From assembly GCA_951406725.2 (NCBI GenBank), contig OX597819.1, positions 44,826,001 through 44,890,000 on the forward strand: DNA of 64,000 nt, in the 5' to 3' direction. Shown here piece after piece: positions 43,543-56,140 of the stretch (position 1 is the stretch's first letter; every line of letters starts with the position of its first letter). The position numbers were made by a program, and so were the translations under genes. Below the pieces are notes generated by a model. That model saw nothing but the letters and a program-made list of their open reading frames with translations, was not told where the DNA came from and did not search any database. This DNA is from Octopus vulgaris. Lineage: Eukaryota.

Positions 43543-44105
43543 CTTAGAAACATAAGGCCATGTATAAGAAAGTTTTAAAATTACAAGGTAAAAAAAAATG
43601 GATATGTTTAAACCATCAACTGTTGAAATGCTCACAGAAATTTTAGTGAGCTTCACATGGATAGATAATAATATCAATGGAAATGTTCATCAATGAAAAG
43701 ATCTTTAAAAAGAAATGTATATTATTGAAATTTCAGTCATATTGAGTTTTTATGAAATATGTGAAGAAGAAATAGTAAAATGTGGAAGAAAAAAAATGGA
43801 ATTTGCCTGAGTTTTCAATAATATTCATTTGTAATGATCTCCGTCGAACACTTACATTGATATTATTACATATCCCTGTGAAACTCACTGAAATTTCTGT
43901 GAACATTTGAGCACTTGATGATTTAAACATGTTTGTACAATTTTTGCCTTTAATTTTTGAACTCCCGTAACACCTCAATTTTAAAGATATACATTTCTAC
44001 CATTGTTAAGTAAAACATTGTCGAAACTAGTTTGGTATGTAAATAAATAAATATATTTAAAGACGAATACACAGGTGCATTTTCAAACCCCCAAACAAAT
44101 TCCCC
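43361..44105. mobile_element. Long fold-back MITE flanked by TA
   Basis: Termini ggagaatttgttttggggtttgaaaatgcacc / ggtgcattttcaaacccccaaacaaattcccc; inverted similarity continues inward (taccaaactagtt / aactagtttggta); (TA)n inside the left arm. Confidence 0.8.
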
Positions 44106-44119
44106 TATATATATATACA

Positions 44120-44250
44120 TTATTTACATTCGACGGATATTTGTCCTCATCTTGTTTGTTGTTAACACAACGTTTCGGCTGATATACCCTCCAGCATTCT
44201 TCAGGTGTCTTTCGTACCTGGGTTCCCATCCCTAAGGTATTTTTCGATGT
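44120..44250 (-). mobile_element. Penelope-type terminal repeat fragment with hammerhead motif
   Basis: Minus strand ACAC-CUGAAGA-AUGCUG..CAGCC-GAAAC-GUU-GUGU. Confidence 0.6.
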
Positions 44251-44258
44251 TGTTGTTA

Positions 44259-44344
<86 letters not shown>

Positions 44345-44503
44345 TAGTTTTATTTTTATAGCGTGCTTCCTCTTAACCACTACAACTTATGCCCGTGGGC
44401 ATTTGTTATGATGCTCTGATGGTTATTGTATGGAAAGTGTTCTGCTAGGATTCCTGCAGTGCCTAGTAGTGCAATTTTCTGTATGTTATATGTTTTTGTA
44501 AGT

Positions 44504-44505
<2 letters not shown>
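44345..44505 (-). mobile_element. RLE-type LINE 3' end fragment next to (TAA)n
   Basis: Minus strand IQKIALLGTAGIL. Confidence 0.6.
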
Positions 44506-44547
<42 letters not shown>

Positions 44548-44768
44548 TCAGTAATGCAATACAAAGTATTGCCTTCCAGTAAAAAGTAGCCCGTGTTTCA
44601 TCTTTCAGATGTTCTCCCTGGAGGTAAGACGGTTTTTTTTCTCTAATTTGTTGCACACACGCATTTTTGCTAATACATACGCGGTGAAGCTACACATTAG
44701 CGTCGTATTTTTACGTTCGCTATTTCCAGTAAATATCGGTACTTAGTTGTGCCATTTATTTACTAATT

Positions 44769-44833
<65 letters not shown>

Positions 44834-44939
44834 TCAATATATATATAAATATATATTTCTTATGTTTTATATATGTATATATATAGAGATATATTTCTTA
44901 TGTTTTTTATATATATATATATATATATATTACCTTTTT

Positions 44940-45330
44940 TTTCTTTCATCAATTAGACTGCAGCTATGCTGGTGCGGTACCTTGAAGAATTTTTAGTCGA
45001 CTGTATCGATCCCAGTACATTTTTAAAGCCTGGTACTAATATATCGATACGTTTTACCAAAACTATTAAATTACGGGGGCGTAAACACGCCAACAGCGGT
45101 TGTCAATCGCTCTCCTGGGACGAACACTCACACACAACCCACGTATACGCACCCACATATATAATTATATCTATGATGGGTTTCTTTTAACATTCCGCCT
45201 ACCAAATATACTCATAAAGCTTTGGTCAGCCTGTGGTCATGATAGAAGACACTTGCCTAAGGTGCCACGCAGTTTGACTGAACCCAGGACCACGTGGTTG
45301 GGAAGCAATCTTTTCCCCACTCAGCCACCT
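44940..45330 (-). mobile_element. SINE family A, diverged
   Basis: agaagacacttgcctaaggtgccacgcag core on the reverse strand. Confidence 0.7.
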
Positions 45331-45717
45331 ATAAGTGTGTGTGTATGGGAGCGCGCACGTGTGCTTCGGTGTGTATGTATGACTATACGCACTCTCACAC
45401 ACCCACACACACGCATATATATATATATATATATATATACATACACATATATACATGTGCACACTAATATGTATACATGACCGTACGTCTCTGTGTGCGT
45501 GTCAGTTACTGCGATTACCGGAGTGAAACGAATATTATGTATTAAGGGTTAGTCTGGCGTCTCAATAGACGAAAATCAATATAATAGTACCAGACTTAAA
45601 TTAATACTGGGGTCGATATCATTGACTGAAACCATTTGAAGATGATGCTCCAGCATGGCCTCATCCTAATTACTGACGCGTAAGAAAGAAAAGATGCTCA
45701 CGTATACACACATAGAT

Positions 45718-45842
<125 letters not shown>

Positions 45843-46250
45843 TATATATGCGTGTGTGTGTGTGTATGTGAATGTATGTGTATGCTCACATTTTTACTTG
45901 TTTACGCTACAATTAACACGCATGCAGACATCCGCATGATGGGAAGTCTTTTTTCATTTTTTCAGACGATGGAGGTCTTATGATTCACTGCTCAACTGCT
46001 CAACCAAGCGGCTCACTGCCGAACCGTCACACACCGACACGCACACATATAGACACATGATTATATATGTATTTGCATGTGCGCATGCAGGCATGCATAT
46101 TTATTCATCCGTGCATGTACGAATCTATACAGACATACACACACTCACACGCACACACACACACTGAAACGAGAGATCTTAGAAATGCAAGAGTTTGTAA
46201 GTGCGATGGTCGAAACTTCTCGCATCTTGACTCACGTTCTCACCCCAGGT

Positions 46251-46330
<80 letters not shown>

Positions 46331-46639
46331 TTTAATAATAATAATTTTAATAATAATAAAGGACACTCCAGTCGTTAGACGACGTCTGAGGGTTCGACAA
46401 TTTCTTACCGAACAACCCCACATGATTTGTTTATTGTAATCAAATGTTTGTGTAGACATAAGCTCACCCCCTACATTAAATCGATACTACCTATGCAGGT
46501 GCAATTGGGTACCACAGGTCAGATGTCGAAATCATAGCAGAGCAACGTGAAATCAAGTGCTTTGTTTAAGAACACAACGCAACACCCTGTCGGGGAATCG
46601 AACACACGGTCTCGTAATCGTTAGTGCAGCACAATACAT

Positions 46640-46742
<103 letters not shown>

Positions 46743-46811
46743 AGAGAGTTAAATGATATTCAGAGTTTCTCTATAAAAAAAACACCTAGTAACGCTAAAA
46801 TTATTTGAGCT

Positions 46812-47385
46812 AAAGGCGGCGAGCTGGCGGAAACGTTAGCACGCCGGGCAAAATCGTAGCCGTATTTCGCCGGCCGCTACGTTCTGAGTTTAAATTCCGC
46901 CGAGGTCGACTTTGCCTTTCATCCTTTCGTGGTCGATTAAATAAGTACCAGTTACACAATCGACTTAATCCGTTTGTCTGTCCTTGTTTGTCCTCTCTGT
47001 GTTGAGACCCTTGTGGGTAGTAAAAAGATAGGTATTTCGTTTCTTTTTATGTTCTGAGTTCAAATTTTGCCGAGCTCGATTTTGCCTCTCATCCTTTCGG
47101 GGTTGATTAAATAAGTACCAGTTACGCACTGGTGTCAATATAATCTTCTTAATCCGTTTGTCCGTTTGTCTGTCCTTGTTTGTTTTCTCTGTGTTTAGCC
47201 TCTTGTGGGTAGTAAAGAAATAGGTATTTCGTCTGCCGCTACGTTCTGAGTTCAAATTCCCCCGCGGTCGACTTTGCCTTTCATCCTTTCGGGGTCGATA
47301 AATTAAGCACCAGTTGCGTACTGGGGTCGATCTAATCGACTAGGCCCCTTCCCGAAAAATTTCGGGCCTTGTGCCTACTGTAGAA
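46812..47385 (+). mobile_element. SINE family B with tandemly repeated body
   Basis: Head ggcggcgagctggcggaaacgttagcac followed by three copies of gttctgagtt.aaatt..catcctttcg..taccagtt. Confidence 0.85.
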
Positions 47386-48137
47386 AAAAAAATTATTTGA
47401 GCTTACACACCGAAACCTTTTACCGAAGACCAATTCGCGGGTATTAGAGGAAGTCTAATGAGTAGATGTAAATAAAGAGAAAGCAAATAATGAAGATTTT
47501 CAGACGATGAATATTCGAGTATAAATATAGTTAGATATTTATATTTCAGCAGAGTAAGCTTACACAAGTGCACAAAGATGCAGAATATCAAAGTTATGGT
47601 GTTATAAGTCCGACATCGGTTTATGGGGGCTCGGAGTTACGCCATAATGTTGGCAAGTAGAGTTCACAAATATATACATGTGGTAATGGAAGCAAATAAA
47701 CATTGGACAGATCCAACCGCCCTCTTCAGGCTGGAGTGATATATCGGTTTCATTTCTCTTCCCTGAAGATGGAGGCCAGATTCTTTTTGCGTCATCATCA
47801 ATCTCTCTCTCTCTCTGTATACACTCACATATATGTATGTATATATACATACCAAATACATACATACATACATACACACACGAACATATACATATCATAT
47901 GTGTGTATAAGAGTTTTACACTGAGGGAAAACCACTTACTGGTTTTCCATTACGCTAGAAATGGGAGTTAAGTCCCAAACTACGAAAAAGCTTAGTGGCT
48001 TTCCTTCAGTGTATAACTTTTATACATACGTCCAAATGCGGTCTACGGACGTTTTTATTCACGCTGGCCACCGGTAAAAAATTTATATTCAATTTTAATC
48101 CTATATTTAAAATATATATATACATTTGTATATAAAT

Positions 48138-48172
<35 letters not shown>

Positions 48173-48517
48173 CACACACACACGCTCGTACACACACACA
48201 CACGCACGTACGCACACACGCACGCACGCACACACACACACATATATATGAATATATATTCCTACACATGTATAGTCTATTGATGTTTCAGTTCTGTTAA
48301 TATGTTTACACTAGCGAAAAATCTCTCTATTTACATGTGTGTTTGTGTGTGTGCGCGCGTCTGTGTTTACAGTTGTCAGATGCTTAGTTTTTGCATACCA
48401 TTAATTATTTTATGAATAATTACAAAAATAAATATGATCCAGAAGCAGCTATTGCACAGACAAGGTATCATGTGAGTGGCTTTTCATAGCTGCCGAATCA
48501 CATTCTGTTTCCTATCA

Positions 48518-48612
<95 letters not shown>

Positions 48613-48740
48613 AACAAACACACATCACACAAACACACACATACACACACATCCCACCGAATGCAATTTTTCAAAGTAAGACATATAATATTTTTGGTAG
48701 AAATGACTATTGTCCGTCTTAGCGTATGTATATATATATG

Positions 48741-48794
<54 letters not shown>

Positions 48795-48797
<3 letters not shown>

Positions 48798-49020
48798 TAA
48801 CTTTATTTAAAGCAGCAGAAAATTCAACAAAACCTGTTACTCTGAGTTTCCCGTAGCCGTTCATCGGACAGTTTTTGCTAGAATCTAGCAACGGGAAACT
48901 CAGAGTAACAGGTTTTGTTGAATTTTCTGCTGCTTTAAATAAAGCATATTACTCTACCACTGGTATTTGAGTACTCTTTCTTCCACCTTGTTTCACATTT
49001 ATGTGTTTACTCCGGCATAT
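48795..49020. mobile_element. Penelope-type terminal repeat with perfect 54-bp inverted duplication
   Basis: 48801-48854 is the exact reverse complement of 48891-48944; hammerhead-like variant on the minus strand. Confidence 0.65.
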
Positions 49021-49130
49021 ATAACTTAAGGAAGATCAGGAGAACGGAGATTTGCACATCCAAGTTGTATTATAGTGTTATTTACATCGTTCTTCACCTA
49101 GACCAGTGAAGAACGGTGTGAATAAAAGTA

Positions 49131-49335
49131 TATATTTCTTTATTGCCCACAAGGACAGACAAAGGGATTAAGTCGATTACATCGTCCCCAGTGCGTAACT
49201 GGTACTTAATTTATCGACACCGAAAGGATGAAAAGCAAAGTCGACCTCGGCGGAATTTGAACTCAGAACGTAACGGCAGACGAAATACGGCTACGCATTT
49301 CGCCCGGCGTGCTAACGTTTCTGCCAGCTCGCCGC
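49131..49335 (-). mobile_element. SINE family B (3' part of a tRNA-SINE chimera)
   Basis: Reverse complement of the family B head and body; closely similar to 25421 and 46812. Confidence 0.85.
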
Positions 49336-49349
49336 TGTAACAAATGCCG

Positions 49350-49412
49350 TTCCCATGCCGGGAATCGAACCCGGGCCGCCTGGGTGAAAGCCAGGAATCC
49401 TAACCACTAGAC
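49350..49412 (-). pseudogene. tRNA-Glu(TTC) pseudogene, 5'-truncated
   Basis: Minus strand GTCTAGTGGTTAGGATTCCTGGCTTTCACCCAGGCGGCCCGGGTTCGATTCCCGGCATGGGAA has intact D, anticodon (TTC) and T arms; the upstream CTACTTT cannot pair with CATGGGA, so the acceptor stem is absent. Confidence 0.9.
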
Positions 49413-49429
49413 TAAAAGTAGATTCCAAC

Positions 49430-49740
49430 TTGTTGTTGTTCGTTCTTTCTCGAGCCACGCCTGGCTCACAGCGCCGGTTTCCTGGTTTCCTTGGCGTATA
49501 GGTTCCCCACCTGTACGGGACGCCGGTCCGTCGCAGGTGAGCTGCTAGATGCAGGAGGAAAGAGTGAGAGAATGTTGTGGCGAAAGAGTCAGCAGAATTT
49601 CGCCATTACCTTCTGCCGGAGCCGCGTGGAGCTTAGGTGTTTCGTTCATAATCACACACATCGCCCGGTCTGAGATTCGAACATGCGATCCCTCGACCGC
49701 GAGTCTGCTGCTGTAAGCACTAGACCATGTGCTTCCACAT
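49430..49740 (-). mobile_element. tRNA-derived SINE (family C) with (AAC)n tail
   Basis: Head tggtctagtg..gttcgaatc (A and B boxes) on the minus strand; target duplication ATTCCAAC at 49422-49429 and 49741-49748. Confidence 0.85.
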
Positions 49741-50999
49741 ATTCCAACATGGATCTGCAAATCTCCGTTCTCCTGAACTTCCTTAATTTTATTATTTTCT
49801 CTACGGACACTATGCAGTCTTTATTAGGACATTCGGATTTACCAAGTTAGGATTAACCGAGTATAATAAATTTTATCTAGCTTGAGCTTCATCAACACTC
49901 ACCGTGGCTAGTCAGCATTGGGAACCGATAAGAGCTAAAATGGCAACTGCCAGAATCATATATCCCTCGAAATAATTTTTGAAAATATATATAAATATAT
50001 ATGAAGAGAAGAAGAAGAAGAGAGAGAGAGAGAGAGAGAGAGTCATTAGTGAGGAATTAACAACGCCAATAAAATAATTTGTAAACTCTCTGTTAGTGCA
50101 CCAGTCAACCAATTGTTTAGATCAATAAAGAACCCCGCGTATTCTTGTGGTGCTGCTCGAGGTTATAGTTTATTACAAGTTCCATATTGCCAACCCGTGG
50201 TTGTGTTCCAGTCGTACTGGATTTTACACAGAGGGATATATACAAAAAAATTTATGAATAATGGTCATTACATTCTTTTCTTAATTGTAGTAAATTTGAC
50301 TTACAGCTGTTTCCAGTAGTCATTATAGGTTCGTTATTAACATGTTTTATCAATAGGGCCATTGATCGATTGAAAAAAATTGAACGACTTATAAAGTTAA
50401 TGCTATTTTCGTCAAAGACATTCCTGGTTATAACAAAGCAGAACACTGAAGGAATGGTATAGGTACGGGTTGCTAGAGGGGAGAAACTAAGGATCAGTAT
50501 GAAATAAGTCGAAGAGAGATAAGTAGGAAAGGGGGAAGAGAAATGTTGATTTAGAAGCGAAGGACTAAAGTGAAGGGAAGGAAAGCAAGGAAGAATAGAA
50601 AGAATAGAAAGAATAGAAAGAATAGAGAAGAGGAGGCATTCGATAGAAAAAGAGACGGAGGACGGCCGAAATTAAGGAAAGGGCAGTCATGAAAAGATTA
50701 ATGCTTGTAGTTAGGGCATCATACACGAAAATATTTGCATTGTTTTCGAATCCGATACTCTCAAATATTGTGTTGAAATTTGATATGGGCCACTTACATA
50801 CATGGTCAACTTAAAGCTTTAATATTTGGTCATATGTACTGTCACGTAGAATGGGTGAATGGTATTAGGAAATGAATCAGAGATCAGCAGTAACTATATG
50901 ATGATGCAAACGTTGAGCAAGCTTTAGTGAGCTTGACTATAAGATAGAGATAGAAATAGAAATGTGAATTTGAAATAAAATATAAATAAGCGGAAAGTG

Positions 51000-51305
51000 T
51001 AACCTCTCGAAAGAGCTGTTCTTCACTCCTGCTCTAGAGTGTGGGCTGCGGGGTCACTCCAAAAATCTACGACGATTTCATTTCAATCGAAGGAGAGGGG
51101 TTTTCTCCGTCCGGGTTGCGGATCAGTGGAATAAGCTGCCGGACGAGATAGTGAAGATGCCGACGACCGCTCGGTTCAAAGTCTCTCTTGACCAAAAATG
51201 GCCTGAACTCTTTGTTTGACCACCCTCCCTGTCCCCCTACATAGTCTTGCTTTTGCTTTTTGAGCCAATAAAAATTGAATTGAATTGAAAAAAAAAAATT
51301 GAATG
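51000..51305 (+). mobile_element. CR1 LINE 3' end
   Basis: RGHSK..RRRGVFSVRVADQWNKLPDEIVKMPTTARFKVSLDQKW; (AATTG)n tail. Confidence 0.85.
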
Positions 51306-51722
51306 TAATTTTAACTTAGATTAAATTAAAGAATTTAAAAAATTAACAAAAATAGATTAAGGATTAACATTTAAAACTTTGAAAGTTATAAAATCAAAAT
51401 TAGAAGAAATTTAAAATTAAAAGAATTAAAAGAATTCTAAAAAAATAAAATGTAAAATATTTTACAAATAAAAATTATGAACAAGAGATAATAAAACAAG
51501 AATATAGATAAAATAAATAAATAAATATATATGCTAGCATGTTTGTAAATCATCTTATTTTGAAGCTGCGGTTAGTAAGGGTATTGTTATAGGAGGGGGC
51601 TGCCTTATCAAATGTTATGTTAGAAAAAGGGAGATGGATATCCTATTCTTGATGGAGTTTACAGGACTGTTTAGGTATGCAAAATATTTTCTTGTTTGGC
51701 TTATAGATTTATTAGAGCGGGA

Positions 51723-52035
51723 GTGAAAGCGCATGGCTTAGTGGTTTGGGCATTCGGTTCACGATCGTAAAGGTCGTGATTTCAGTTCCCGGCAACGCAT
51801 TGTGTCATTGAGGAAGACACTTTATTTCACGTTGCTTCAGTCCACTCAGCTGGCAAAAATGGGTTGTACCCGTATTTCAAAGGGCCAGCCGTGTCACATT
51901 CTGTGTCACGCTGAATCTCCCCGAAAACTACGTTAAACGTACACGTGTCTGCGGAACGTTCAGTTACTTGCACGTTAATCTTACGGGAGGTTTTTCTGTT
52001 GATTGGATTAACTGGAACTCTCCTCGTAACCAACG
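51723..52035 (+). mobile_element. tRNA-derived SINE (family D)
   Basis: tggcttagtgg A box, cagttccc B-box-like motif, then a tgtgtcattgaggaagacacttta central domain. Confidence 0.65.
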
Positions 52036-52280
52036 ATCTTAATTCCTGCCATAAGAGCAGGAGTTAAGATCTAGAGAAACAGCTAAGAAATCGACTTTTG
52101 ACGTATTAGTAGTGACTAAAGGTATCGAGTGGTTATCACAGCCATGAGATTTTACGAACCCGTCGTTTCGGTATAGACCAACATCCTGGGATGGAAACTT
52201 AGATCTCAGTGTATTTAATATACAGAGACCCAGAAGATCGCAGATATCTGCATCATCATAGATCCCATCCATACATCAAA
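52036..52280 (-). mobile_element. Penelope-like reverse transcriptase fragment
   Basis: YDDADICDLLGLCILN, GLYRNDG and VDFLAVSLDL resemble the GAEICELVGLYIL, YRDD and FLDVTLDL motifs of Penelope-like RTs. Confidence 0.75.
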
Positions 52281-52462
52281 TGATTCCTCTGTATCATAAT
52301 TCTTTAACATATACTGAGCCCTACTTGAATAGAAGTGTTTTTCTCCCATTTTCTGTGTATTGGTGTAAGTTGCCGGTTAGTTTCGTCATAAATCCACACC
52401 TCTTACGTCACATGCACAAGCACATAATGAAACGACACGTTTGTATATATATATATATATAT

Positions 52463-52776
52463 AAAAGAAGTTTGAAAACGCCACTATATAAGATAAATTT
52501 TCATTTTCTTAGAGATTTTATATGTTTCGGTTCTTCTTGAAAAAACGAACCTTATCAAAAATATTTTAAAAAGTTAAGTGTAATAAAGAAGTTCATAATT
52601 GTTTCTTACTAATCTCAACACAGTCCACATTGTGGTGTTTTTCTTTGGGGGTGGGCACAATGGCTGTCTTGTGCGTTGACTAGATTCATTGGCTGTGATT
52701 TTGAAAATGACTGGCGGCCGAAATAGCAGTTGTAGCGTAGCAGTAACTGCTGGTCGTAGTAGTAGTGACCGTGTTG

Positions 52777-52808
<32 letters not shown>

Positions 52809-52984
52809 GGTGGTTGGAGTTGTAGCACCACATGGACTCAAGAAACAATTATGAGCTTTTTTTATTACACTTAACCTTTAAAAATATTTTTGGTAAGGTT
52901 CGTTTTTCATGATGAACGGAAACCTGTAAAATCTCTAAAAAAAAATTCTCTTATACAGTGGCGTTTTCAAACTTCTGTTTTATA
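52463..52984. mobile_element. Element with about 145-bp inverted terminal repeats
   Basis: 52463-52607 and 52840-52984 are diverged reverse complements, with TA-rich flanks. Confidence 0.75.
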
Positions 52985-53020
52985 AATATATACACACTCG
53001 TATGCCACCTGCAATTTTTA

Positions 53021-53105
<85 letters not shown>

Positions 53106-53109
53106 CATA

Positions 53110-53272
53110 TACGACGGACTTATTTTAGTTTCCATCTATGAAATCCACTCACAAGGCTTTCGTCGGCCCGAGGCTATAGTAGAAGACACTTGCCCAAGGT
53201 GCCACGTAGTGGGACTGAGTTCGGAACCATGTGGTTCGTAAGCAAGCTACTTATAACAAAGTCACTCCTATG
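53110..53272 (-). mobile_element. SINE family A head
   Basis: Reverse-complement head and core. Confidence 0.8.
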
Positions 53273-53284
53273 CCTATTATATAT

Positions 53285-53425
<141 letters not shown>

Positions 53426-53438
53426 CATTTCTGTTGCT

Positions 53439-54086
53439 ATACGAGTAGGTACTCAAAAGAAACCGGAATTTTGCAATGTTATCATATTCAATTAGTTTTA
53501 CATGTTTACATTTTTATTGACCTTCAAAGTATTCTCCATTTGAAGCAATGCATCGGTCTAGACGTATTTTCCACTGTTTGAAGTAGTCTTGGAACCCTTG
53601 CAAGTGATGCTTTTCAATGCATCCATCGTTTTCTTTTTTCACCTCTTGAACATCTGCTCATTCCGTAGAAACAGCTTTGGTCACCAGTGATGTCTTTGTG
53701 AAAAAACGTCCGGATCAACTTCTAACTGTTATGTTAGTTCACGATATGCATTCAGTCGTGAATGCTTTTGATCTGTGAACAAGCGAGGCACAAATTTTGA
53801 TGCAACACTTTTCATTCGCAATTCCTTGCTCAAAATTTGTTGGCAGGAGATCCTGGACATACCAGTCATATCAACAAGTTCGTCAGTTGTTCGGAGACGG
53901 TCCTCCTAGATCACTTTTTGTTTTTACTCTTTTACTTGTTTCAGTCATTTAACTGTGGCCATGTTGGAACACCGCCTTTAGTCGAGCAAGTCGACTCCAG
54001 GACTTATTCTTTGTAAGCCTAGTACTTATTCTATCGGTCTCTTTTGCCGAACCGCTAAAGTCACGGGGACGTAAACACACATAGCA

Positions 54087-54133
<47 letters not shown>

Positions 54134-54745
54134 CATATATATATATATATACATATATATACGACGGGCTTCTTTCAGTTTCCGTCTACCAAATCCACTC
54201 ACAAGGCTTTGGTCGGTCCGAGGCTATAGTAGAAGATGTCCAAGGTGCCACGCAGTGGGACTGAACCCGGATCCATGTGGTTCGTAAGCAAGGTACTTAC
54301 CACACAGCCACTCCTCATGAATTTTCGTGATGTTTTCATTCGCTCGGAGGTCGATGGTTGCCCTCAAGGAGGTTGGTCTTCACGCGATATGTGAACATTC
54401 CTGAGGCGTGAAGATCACTCGTAAACTTGCGCTTTGTTCAATGGAGCGTCCTCGTAAGCTTTTTAAAGAATGACAACTGTTTTGGCCGCCGTTTTCCTCA
54501 GCAGAAGACAAAATTTCATTATAGCAGTTTGTTCCTTCATTTCAGCCATCGAAAAATTCGACAAACAGGGGAAAAGAACTGCAAAACATGACACACTACG
54601 TGGCAGTACGACTTCATGCGACGGTACCGGTCGGCACACTGATGTCTGAGAGTCGTAGCAAGTGGCTTCTAATACCGGAAACCTGAATTACAACGGGCTT
54701 GTTCTACAGAAAACCTTTCCGGATTCTTTTGTATATATAGTCTAA
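53439..54745 (-). mobile_element. Internally deleted mariner transposon interrupted by a SINE
   Basis: C-terminus FQDYFKQWKIRLDRCIASNGEYFEG and N-terminus MAEMKEQ..KFC on the minus strand; imperfect inverted termini (caaaagaaaccggaa / ttccggattcttttg). Confidence 0.8.
53915..54315 (-). mobile_element. SINE family A nested in the mariner remnant
   Basis: Full reverse-complement copy with internal (TA)n. Confidence 0.85.
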
Positions 54746-55549
54746 GAATTAAATTAGGTATTCAAATTTTCCTAGATTACATAACGCAAATGTAGTTTCC
54801 TATATATATTCTTTTATTTAAAGGTCTACATTTCTACTTTTACTGTTGGAAGCTCTAAATCAATGTCATGTGATTAGATTTCAAGATCGAAATGACTGCA
54901 TTGTGCGCTTATATAGCAATTATAGACACAAATACGCACATACACATAAATCCACACACACACACAAAAACATACATAGACACACATACACACTTACACA
55001 CACACACACACACACACACTCACACACACACGCACACCTTTTCTGTCTCTCTCACACACTCACAAACATACATACATACACATATCTATATGAATCTAAA
55101 TGCAAATTTCTGTGCATTTGCTCGTATGGTTTCTGACCGAAAGTGTTAGACCATTGGGGCCGTGGTGGAACCACAAAAATTGATTCTAATATTCAATCAA
55201 GATAAAATTCTCTGGGGTTTCTATGTTACTTTTAATTCATCTGCCTGTGACACAAGGTTCGGTTCCATTATTATGCCTTTAGTTCCTACAATGTACAAAA
55301 TGGAAACTTAGAAGTATAAAAACAAGAGTAAAGTATAGAAAGCAAAAAACAAACAAACAAAAAACCTGGATAGGAGATTGAGAGTCATATCCTATCTATT
55401 CAGCATTTAAATGAATGGCAGTGAGAACAATTGATATTGTTTCGATATCGGAAAATTGTAAAACCTAAGAACCTTTGCTAATGACACTCGATTGAAAGGA
55501 GAGTACCACTTAAGTCTGCTCTGATCTGCTGATGCGTTTGCAGCCTATA

Positions 55550-56140
55550 AAAACACGACTTTTTCAATACGATACAGTTGGGAACACACGATCAAACATG
55601 AGACAATCGTTATTGTCGGGAAAAGAAGGCTCAGGGTTACATTTCTTCTACGAGGTCTCATAATTTTACGAGCTAACGGTCGATACAAAAAGTCATTGTG
55701 ACTGTATTTTTGGATAATGTTTCATTCTTCTTGACTATCTCGAATATAGCCGTACCGCGAATAGCGGTACTTACAGACGTCATATAGACCAGGAAAATAA
55801 ACAAAAATCTGAGAACGATTTTCTGTCTCCATGGCAAATTTGTGACCGCGTATATTTTAGCAACAAATCAGGTAATCAACGAAGTGGGCCGCACAGTGTG
55901 CCTCCATCCAGCAATGGTTACTAACCGCTGACACCTAAAATCTGGTAAAACTAATCTCCAGTACTCTCTGGCCTCAAACTTTACGGTTCAATAAAGGACA
56001 ATACTCGGGACTAAGATTTGGTAAGATAGGCGAAATGAAAGTGTGTGATGTGGATACAGCAATGCATATCTAAACCTGTTTTAAAAAGGATTCAACGACG
56101 GCGCAAATGCATCGCTTGTGATGAAGCCTGAGTAGCATAG
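55550..56140 (+). mobile_element. Degenerate mariner transposase remnant
   Basis: KVIVTVF and ILLDYLE in shifted frames, and RRKCI near the end. Confidence 0.55.

Larger units (their letters stand above)
49030..49782. mobile_element. TTAA-flanked palindromic MITE (Kolobok-like) carrying two nested retro-insertions
   Basis: TTAA at 49026-49029 and 49783-49786; termini GGAAG(A/T)TCAGGAGAACGGAGATTTGCA; removing the inserts leaves 68-bp arms and an 8-nt loop. Confidence 0.8.

Noticed and set aside
46812-47385. CRISPR-like repeat array
   Set aside because: The repeats are long SINE bodies without unique spacers, the context is eukaryotic, and there are no cas genes.
49350-49421. Functional tRNA-Glu gene
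   Set aside because: The 5' acceptor strand is replaced by target-site sequence, so the cloverleaf cannot close.
52574-52874. Poly-H/Q and poly-P/T ORFs resembling transcription-factor low-complexity regions
   Set aside because: They derive from (GTT)/(GGT) repeats inside an inverted-repeat element, with no domain or splice support.
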